Part shown: piece by piece, positions 58,565 through 64,000 of the stretch | How positions within the stretch are numbered: the first letter of the stretch is position 1 | Layout of the letters: every line of letters starts with the position of its first letter | IMG/VR virus record: IMGVR_UViG_3300030419_004471 | Coordinates: 1-64,000 of that record | Direction: 5' to 3' (one strand) | DNA: 64,000 bases | Made by a program: the position numbers and the translations under genes | The notes under the pieces: generated by a model | What the model was told of the DNA's origin: nothing | The model's input: the letters and a program-made list of their open reading frames with translations, nothing else | The model's database searches: none

Positions 58565-59353
58565 TTAGATTGGGACACTCCAACATCTTTCTCCGTTCTT
58601 TTCAGGATTTTGGCCTACATAATAGTTTCCTTCAAATTCAATAACATCTCCACTGTTAAATAATCCTCCCTCTTCATATTTTTTTACCGATGTTGAACCT
58701 GGTGGTGGAGTATCTCCTAAACTTTGCCAATCAGAAACAACTGCATCTTCATCATCCTTATCTTTATCTAATCTTGGAGGAAGAGGAATGCCAGGTACAA
58801 CATAAGAATTCCATTTTATAATACCAGGACCCGGAGCCAATGAAGGGCCTGCTGGGTATAGTGATGTAGTATATATCATTCCTTCAACCGAAAGTAAATG
58901 AATTTTACATCCTAGTATAAATAAGTCTATTAAAAATGAAGATTTTAATACTGGTGGTGTTTGGAACTCCATTCCCCATTGGCCTGGATTTACACAAATG
59001 TTTTGTGTTACTGCTATGTTTTGAGCAGCGCCTGGTGCTGGTATTAGAGGAATTGGGAATGGAGTCATTATAGCTCCTCCCCAATAAGCTTTTACTGCTG
59101 CTCCCAATTCTTTTAATAATGGAAAATTTCCACTTTGTTGTGCAAATGCTCTTGCTAGTGTTAATACTACCAAAGATTCCATCAACTCGGTATTTCCCTT
59201 TTGTACCTTACATAGATTTATTGATTGAAACCCTCTCTTTATACACAAATCATATTCCATTACCAATCGTTTGGCATACGCTTGGGGTGAAACAACTCCA
59301 CGAGGATTTGCCATATATCCTAACATATTTGTTCTAAATGTTCCCCAGCTCAT
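58565..59353 (-). CDS. Hypothetical baseplate-hub-associated protein
   Basis: Pro/Gly-rich; translationally coupled (TAATG) to spike gene. Confidence 0.55.
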   Translation of the reverse strand: MSWGTFRTNMLGYMANPRGVVSPQAYAKRLVMEYDLCIKRGFQSINLCKVQKGNTELMESLVVLTLARAFAQQSGNFPLLKELGAAVKAYWGGAIMTPFPIPLIPAPGAAQNIAVTQNICVNPGQWGMEFQTPPVLKSSFLIDLFILGCKIHLLSVEGMIYTTSLYPAGPSLAPGPGIIKWNSYVVPGIPLPPRLDKDKDDEDAVVSDWQSLGDTPPPGSTSVKKYEEGGLFNSGDVIEFEGNYYVGQNPEKNGERCWSVPI

Positions 59354-60615
59354 TATATTGTAAAGTTCTGCGAACTTAAAATTGTTTTTAATCTTGATTT
59401 GATGCTCGTAAAGGTAGCTGCATTTACGGGTGGGCCTGAAGGGCCTGCTGGTGTTGGGTGTGTCATCTGATTGATAGCATCTATAAGTTCTCCTAATATA
59501 TCTACTAAAGTTTCTCCTTTAGCCATCTTCTCTTCATTACTTGAATTACCCAAATGTATTTCACCAGTACCAGATGTTATATTGAAGTCATTGTTATTTG
59601 TGGTTATGAATGTATCATCACCAAATGACATAAATGCTCCTTCTTTATTATCTATTGATATTGCACCATCTGATATAAATCCATAATTACCTTTTGAGTA
59701 AAAAATCATTTCTGATTCTTTTGATGAAATTATAACCCTACCACTATTAATTAAAATTTGGTCTCCTTTTAATTCAGATGGATAATCTCCAAATGATTTT
59801 GGTTTTTGTTTAAAGTTAGTTGAACCACCATCATCTACAACTCCCGGTTGGAATTCTAACTTACGTTCACCTCCTGATAATACGATTACACTACCGTCTT
59901 TGTTTATATCTTCTAGTGTAGTACCGCCATCTTCAGTATCATTTTGTGATTTATTATTTTCTCTGTTTCTTATTATTATAGATGGGTTTAGGGAATCTAA
60001 CTCATTATTATATCCACTAAATCTTATTGATTGCCCAAATCTACTTTCTATCAGAGTGTCTCCTTCATATAATTTTAATTTATGTATAGATTGTGATTTA
60101 TCATCTTCAAACACATCCCCATATCCTGTATCTTCTCCACTATTAGCATCACTTTTATTAGCTATTCCAGTGTTAGCTGTAGAACCATAATCATCTCCTG
60201 TATTTGAATCATCTCCAGTATTTGATATTCCTGAAAAAAATCTTTCTATTGCACTTGGGTCGTTATCTACATTTGGTGTTATATTATCATTACCTCTTCT
60301 ATAAAAGTATCCTGTAGTTGATTTAAAAATGTCTACTTTTTCATTTTTAACTGGGAGGGTTGTAAAATTTTTATCTAATGGTGCAGCATAGTAGTCAGAA
60401 TCCTTTCCTTCTAAAAATCCTTGATTCATTGGTATGAATTTTATATTACCAACCTTTCCAACACCAACTTTTCTTTCTGTAACGAGAGGATGTTGTTCAT
60501 CTAATATGACATCAAGAACAATACCTTTGAATATTTCAGCATCATCACCACCCGGCCTTCTGTTGAAAATAGCTCCTAGTGGTCTAGAGTTAGTTCTTCT
60601 ACGATTAATCCCCAT
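59353..60615 (-). CDS. Baseplate central spike (gp5/gpV-like) without lysozyme domain
   Basis: LPVKNEKV OB-fold-like motif, EGDTLIESRFGQSIRF, beta-helix-like region, apex THPTPAGPSGPP. Confidence 0.7.
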   Translation of the reverse strand: MGINRRRTNSRPLGAIFNRRPGGDDAEIFKGIVLDVILDEQHPLVTERKVGVGKVGNIKFIPMNQGFLEGKDSDYYAAPLDKNFTTLPVKNEKVDIFKSTTGYFYRRGNDNITPNVDNDPSAIERFFSGISNTGDDSNTGDDYGSTANTGIANKSDANSGEDTGYGDVFEDDKSQSIHKLKLYEGDTLIESRFGQSIRFSGYNNELDSLNPSIIIRNRENNKSQNDTEDGGTTLEDINKDGSVIVLSGGERKLEFQPGVVDDGGSTNFKQKPKSFGDYPSELKGDQILINSGRVIISSKESEMIFYSKGNYGFISDGAISIDNKEGAFMSFGDDTFITTNNNDFNITSGTGEIHLGNSSNEEKMAKGETLVDILGELIDAINQMTHPTPAGPSGPPVNAATFTSIKSRLKTILSSQNFTI

Positions 60616-61024
60616 TTTTATCTACCTTCTGTTTTAATTCTTCTACTTCGTTAGTAAGTTCATCAACCTTTGTTTCTGTATCATCTTTTACTTCAGATAC
60701 AGTATCTTCTAATTGTTGTAATAATTGTTCTTTTTCTTTATCGGATAAGAATCCTATATCTCCTTCTGCTTTGTTATCAGATGCTATCATACGTTGTGCT
60801 ATAGCTGCCATCTTAATAAGTGATTCATCGTTTCTAACTGAAGTATCAACTAAATCTTTTATGATTGGACCGATAACTGCCATATCACCAGAATGTCTAA
60901 TAATCTTTTTCATTTCAGCTATTAGTTCTGATATTCTTACTTTTTTAGATTTTGTATTTTCGTAGATATCCTTAAATAATCCGCTTAAATCTTTACCAGG
61001 AAATAATTCAAAATTTGTACTCAT
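60605..61024 (-). CDS. Hypothetical helical protein
   Basis: 139 aa, own promoter motif, C-terminal coiled coil. Confidence 0.7.
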   Translation of the reverse strand: MSTNFELFPGKDLSGLFKDIYENTKSKKVRISELIAEMKKIIRHSGDMAVIGPIIKDLVDTSVRNDESLIKMAAIAQRMIASDNKAEGDIGFLSDKEKEQLLQQLEDTVSEVKDDTETKVDELTNEVEELKQKVDKNGD

Positions 61025-61045
61025 AATAATCCTATATTGGTTTTA

Positions 61046-61054
61046 TATAAATAT
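61046..61054 (-). promoter_or_regulatory. Putative late promoter motif ATATTTATA
   Basis: Intergenic, just downstream of a terminator. Confidence 0.7.
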
Positions 61055-61062
61055 CATAAACG

Positions 61063-61090
61063 AAAAAACCTCACTTTTTATAGTGAGGTT
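61063..61090 (-). terminator. Rho-independent terminator
   Basis: Minus strand AACCTCACT-ATAAAA-AGTGAGGTTTTTT. Confidence 0.8.
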
Positions 61091-61128
61091 CTCTACTTAA
61101 TTGCAATTTTATAAAAGTTTTGTAACTC

Positions 61129-61365
61129 TTATCCTTTATTTTTTAATATGTGGTATAAAACAAATGCTCCTACTAATCCGAGCAACCCTTCATTACTCAA
61201 TCCACCCAAAATACCCATAATATTATCTACTACAGATACATTTGGCCAGAAAGGAATTACTGCGCCTTTAAATAGTACTTCAACCACTACTCCAAGAGCG
61301 ATTACACTTATACCAATTTCAGTTAGTTGATTAGCCCAACCGCCAATCTTTTTTAGAAATTCCAT
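61129..61365 (-). CDS. Small two-TM membrane protein
   Basis: 78 aa, two hydrophobic Gly-rich helices; AGAGGAG upstream; own terminator. Confidence 0.8.
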   Translation of the reverse strand: MEFLKKIGGWANQLTEIGISVIALGVVVEVLFKGAVIPFWPNVSVVDNIMGILGGLSNEGLLGLVGAFVLYHILKNKG

Positions 61366-61511
61366 ACAATTCTCCTCTGTTTTTAGTTAAGTAAAATAAC
61401 TTCTTCCTTAATAAAACGTCGGACATGTCATCAATAACTATAGTATATATGGAATAAAAAACACGCTTTTTGATTTTACCACAAATGTGTAAACAATATC
61501 GAGTGTCAAAT

Positions 61512-61538
61512 AAAAAACCCAACCTTACGGGGCTGGGT
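61512..61538 (-). terminator. Rho-independent terminator
   Basis: Minus strand ACCCAGCC-CCGTAA-GGTTGGGT followed by a T-run. Confidence 0.8.
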
Positions 61539-61580
61539 CTTTTCTTGCTAATCACTTTAAATTACGATTAGTTTGTATGT
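61512..61580 (-). ncRNA. Candidate ~70-nt small RNA
   Basis: Bounded by the ATATTTATA motif and a terminator; contains a CTAATCG/TGATTAG hairpin; no complete ORF. Confidence 0.35.
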
Positions 61581-61581
61581 C

Positions 61582-61590
61582 TATAAATAT
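61582..61590 (-). promoter_or_regulatory. Putative late promoter motif ATATTTATA
   Basis: Immediately after the 61591 stop codon. Confidence 0.6.
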
Positions 61591-62016
61591 CTAAAATTTG
61601 TATTTTAATCGAAATCTGAATGTGTTTGAAGTATCCCATCCTACTCTATATGTAAAATCTTTATAGGGATAATCAATCGCAATAGCTGCATTTTTATTTG
61701 AATTAAACCAAAATTCTTTTTGTATCCATAGTTTAAATTTAGGAAACTTATATAATAGTCTTGGTTCTAATGTAGGTTCGTTCTTCTCTATTTTATAATG
61801 TAAAGGTACGCTTAAATAAAGATTAGAAGTTTCTTTCCAAAAATTATGTCTATAAGTAAATCGATTTTCTAAATCATCACTTCTATGCCTAAGTTCAAAT
61901 CCTTTAAAGGTAACCGCTATATACGATTTACCATTGGTTCTCATTTCGTATCCCATTGATTGAGATAGTAGTGATTGGCTAAATAAGATTAACAATACTG
62001 TCAATAAATGTTTCAT
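61591..62016 (-). CDS. Small outer-membrane beta-barrel-like protein
   Basis: Signal peptide MKHLLTVLLILFSQSLLS, alternating aromatic strands, C-terminal FRFRLKYKF beta-signal-like ending. Confidence 0.6.
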   Translation of the reverse strand: MKHLLTVLLILFSQSLLSQSMGYEMRTNGKSYIAVTFKGFELRHRSDDLENRFTYRHNFWKETSNLYLSVPLHYKIEKNEPTLEPRLLYKFPKFKLWIQKEFWFNSNKNAAIAIDYPYKDFTYRVGWDTSNTFRFRLKYKF

Positions 62017-62942
62017 TATGCAAAGTGTTGAATAGCAATTACAATTGCTACCGAGATTGTAATACCTAATATTAATTTAAGAAAATCTTTACCAATCAAT
62101 GGAAACACCTTTTTGAAGTTTCCAGATGATGAGAATGTACTCAATGCTAATTCCCTACCAGCCAACATTCCAATAAATACAAATGTAGTTGACATTGGTA
62201 TATTGTTATATTGTTTAAAGTAAAGTAATAGGAATGCATAAACTAAATCTATGATTGTTGCTGAACGAACAAACTTGGTGTTGGTTTTTGATATTACTAA
62301 TTGTTGAATCTTACCTCCACCGATTTTAAATACATAACCAAGAACTCCTATATAAAATAATATCATTAAAGAAGTTTCAAGCCAAGTATGTTCTCTTGGT
62401 AAGAATACTGCTATATTTGCATGGTCGTGTTGTAACCATTGAGTCCATAAGAAACCAGTAGAAAACCATTGTCCTATTCTCCACCATTTATCATATTTAG
62501 AATCTGGCTTTGTTTTTTCATCTATAATTTTAGAAATTACAAACCATAAGATATATGCAGTTACAGCTGCTACTCCATATCCTAAAAAACTCTTTACTAA
62601 CATCTTTTCCATTATAAACGATGATGCAAAAGCTGATAGGACTAAGAATGATGTTGATACAGGTATTCCTTTTCTTGTAAGTAGTAGAAGTGCTAGTGGG
62701 GCAAGTACATGCCAAATGGTTGGTTCTATATAAGGTATCTTATCTAATCTACCATATGCAACATCACCCTGAAATTGACCATAGATAAATACTCCTGCTA
62801 ATATAACAGAAGCAAATGCCCATAACCAATACCATTTGATATCTTTATTTGAGTTTAACCAAGTTCCTAAAGTTTGTAGTGAATCGTTTGCAATTACTGC
62901 GTATCCTGCGAGTAAAAAACCTAATAGTGCGAGTGTTTCCAT
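62016..62942 (-). CDS. PiT (PHO4)-like inorganic phosphate transporter, divergent
   Basis: Multi-TM; duplicated signatures IANDSLQT and HDHANI, IPVSTS and IPMSTT; likely start METLALL at 62942. Confidence 0.65.
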   Translation of the reverse strand: METLALLGFLLAGYAVIANDSLQTLGTWLNSNKDIKWYWLWAFASVILAGVFIYGQFQGDVAYGRLDKIPYIEPTIWHVLAPLALLLLTRKGIPVSTSFLVLSAFASSFIMEKMLVKSFLGYGVAAVTAYILWFVISKIIDEKTKPDSKYDKWWRIGQWFSTGFLWTQWLQHDHANIAVFLPREHTWLETSLMILFYIGVLGYVFKIGGGKIQQLVISKTNTKFVRSATIIDLVYAFLLLYFKQYNNIPMSTTFVFIGMLAGRELALSTFSSSGNFKKVFPLIGKDFLKLILGITISVAIVIAIQHFA

Positions 62943-63006
62943 ATGATAGTGTTTTATATAACACACATACATACTGAAACTCGTTCAATTTGATGTTAAG
63001 TTAATA

Positions 63007-64000
63007 TTATCTTTTCTTAAACTTTAATCGTTTTTTCTTAGAAATGAAGAAGTTACCTATCACTAAGTAATCCATATCACACTTTAGGAAGGTTTCGATG
63101 GCTTCTTTTGAGTTTCTTACCATCGTTTGGTCTTTAAGATTAAATGAAGTATTTAATATAATCGGATACTCATTTTCAATCTCAACTTGTTTTAATAATT
63201 TATATATTTTTTCGTTAAAGTTTTTCTTTACAGTTTGTACTCTAGCCGTTCCGTCTATATGTGTGATTGCTGGTAACTTATCTTGATACTCATCTCTAAC
63301 TTGAACAATCTGATTCATATAAGGAATCTCATCGGTTAGATGAAAATATTTATTTCTATCTTTATAAGTAACCATAGGTGCAAACGGTCTGAATCCTTCT
63401 CTTTTCTTAACAACCATATTTACCCTCTTCTTCATTTGTGGGTCTTTTGGGTTTGCTAATATAGAACGATTACCTAATGCTCTTGCACCAAATTCTAATT
63501 TACCATCAACCCACCCAATAATGTTTCCTTTAGAGATTAGTTTAGCTACCTTTTTTATTAATGCGGTTTCGGTCATAACATCATAATCAATGTAGTTACG
63601 ATTTTCGTATATAGAATATAATGCTTCTGTATTGGTTTCTTCTGGTCCTAAAAATGGAGTTTTGTTTTCTTTCCTATCGTTAGTTATATGATTCCAATAA
63701 TTAAGTGCGGCTCCTATCGCAGAACCAGCATCAGATGGAGCTGGTGGAATCCATATATTTTTAAATGGTGTATTTTCTTTTATCTTTCCGTTGGCTGTTC
63801 CGTTATATGCACATCCTCCACTTAAACATAAGTTATCTGATTTGGTTTTGGTGTGTAGTTTGTTTAATAATCTAAAGAAGTGTTTTTCATAAACATATTG
63901 TAATGCAGCTGCAATGTTTTTATGTTTATCATTTAGTGGTTCGTTTGGTAATCGATTTGGAATACCAAATAATTTAGATAGTTTAGTATTAAACATTGTA
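63007..64000 (-). CDS. Carbamoyltransferase (NodU/CmcH/TobZ family), C-terminal part; truncated by window edge
   Basis: LCLSGGCAYN, PAPSDAGSAIGAA, EFGARALGNRSILA, KKREGFRPFAP, HIDGTARVQT, LNTSFN. Confidence 0.93.
   Translation of the reverse strand, partial: TMFNTKLSKLFGIPNRLPNEPLNDKHKNIAAALQYVYEKHFFRLLNKLHTKTKSDNLCLSGGCAYNGTANGKIKENTPFKNIWIPPAPSDAGSAIGAALNYWNHITNDRKENKTPFLGPEETNTEALYSIYENRNYIDYDVMTETALIKKVAKLISKGNIIGWVDGKLEFGARALGNRSILANPKDPQMKKRVNMVVKKREGFRPFAPMVTYKDRNKYFHLTDEIPYMNQIVQVRDEYQDKLPAITHIDGTARVQTVKKNFNEKIYKLLKQVEIENEYPIILNTSFNLKDQTMVRNSKEAIETFLKCDMDYLVIGNFFISKKKRLKFKKR

Noticed and set aside
61331-61555. 74-aa minus-strand ORF
   Set aside because: GTG start runs through a strong terminator and overlaps the next gene out of frame
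4895-62715. Short nested minus-strand ORFs (4895..5137, 35900..36121, 36761..36946, 40522..40737, 46899..47093, 62530..62715)
   Set aside because: Out-of-frame overlaps inside conserved genes; no evidence of frameshifting or function
411-63286. All + strand ORFs in the track (e.g. 4469..4900, 8398..8853, 9181..9672, 31313..31771, 51023..51646)
   Set aside because: They lie antisense to well-supported minus-strand genes, have Ser/Phe/Leu-biased shadow composition and no recognisable motifs
1-64000. Stop-codon reassignment, tRNA genes, introns or inteins
   Set aside because: Genes are full length in the standard code and end in TAA, TGA or TAG; no cloverleaf seen in the short intergenic gaps; terminase, primase and portal have ordinary lengths
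1-64000. Bacterial LPS/capsule locus or prophage boundary
   Set aside because: Sugar genes are interleaved with phage structural and replication genes and share the phage motif; no flippase, polymerase, integrase or host housekeeping genes seen

Overview
AT-rich 64-kb segment of a large T4-like (myovirus-type, contractile-tail) dsDNA bacteriophage. All credible genes are on the minus strand, densely packed with ATGA/TAATG overlaps, in the standard genetic code. In transcription order (right to left): carbamoyltransferase (partial); PiT-like membrane transporter plus small beta-barrel protein; baseplate/tail module (gp5-like spike, gp25, gp6, a 1975-aa wedge-like protein, related tail proteins); GIY-YIG-like and 2OG-Fe(II) proteins; DNA primase; a fused Mre11-Rad50 (gp47-gp46/SbcDC); a 1528-aa tail fibre with an S74 chaperone; a roughly 30-kb glycan biosynthesis and decoration region (RmlB, RmlC, UGDH-like, three further SDR epimerases/reductases, a split TPP-dependent E1 alpha/beta pair, GT2-, GT4-, GT7- and GT10-like transferases, methyl-, cytidylyl-, SGNH and radical SAM enzymes); a 1202-aa multi-enzyme protein; then terminase, portal, small head-associated proteins and the prohead protease (partial). 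The host is plausibly Bacteroidota (inference). The most notable signals are: (1) a strong [S/T]-G-S motif enrichment concentrated in tail/baseplate proteins next to a large glycosylation toolkit, suggesting phage-encoded virion O-glycosylation; (2) an apparently protease-processed, capsid-packaged polyprotein with nucleotidyltransferase, HD and RNA-ligase-like domains; (3) a 12-copy ATATTTATA intergenic motif whose core is the reverse complement of the T4 late promoter; (4) a candidate small RNA between one such motif and a terminator. All family calls come from manual motif recognition, not database searches.
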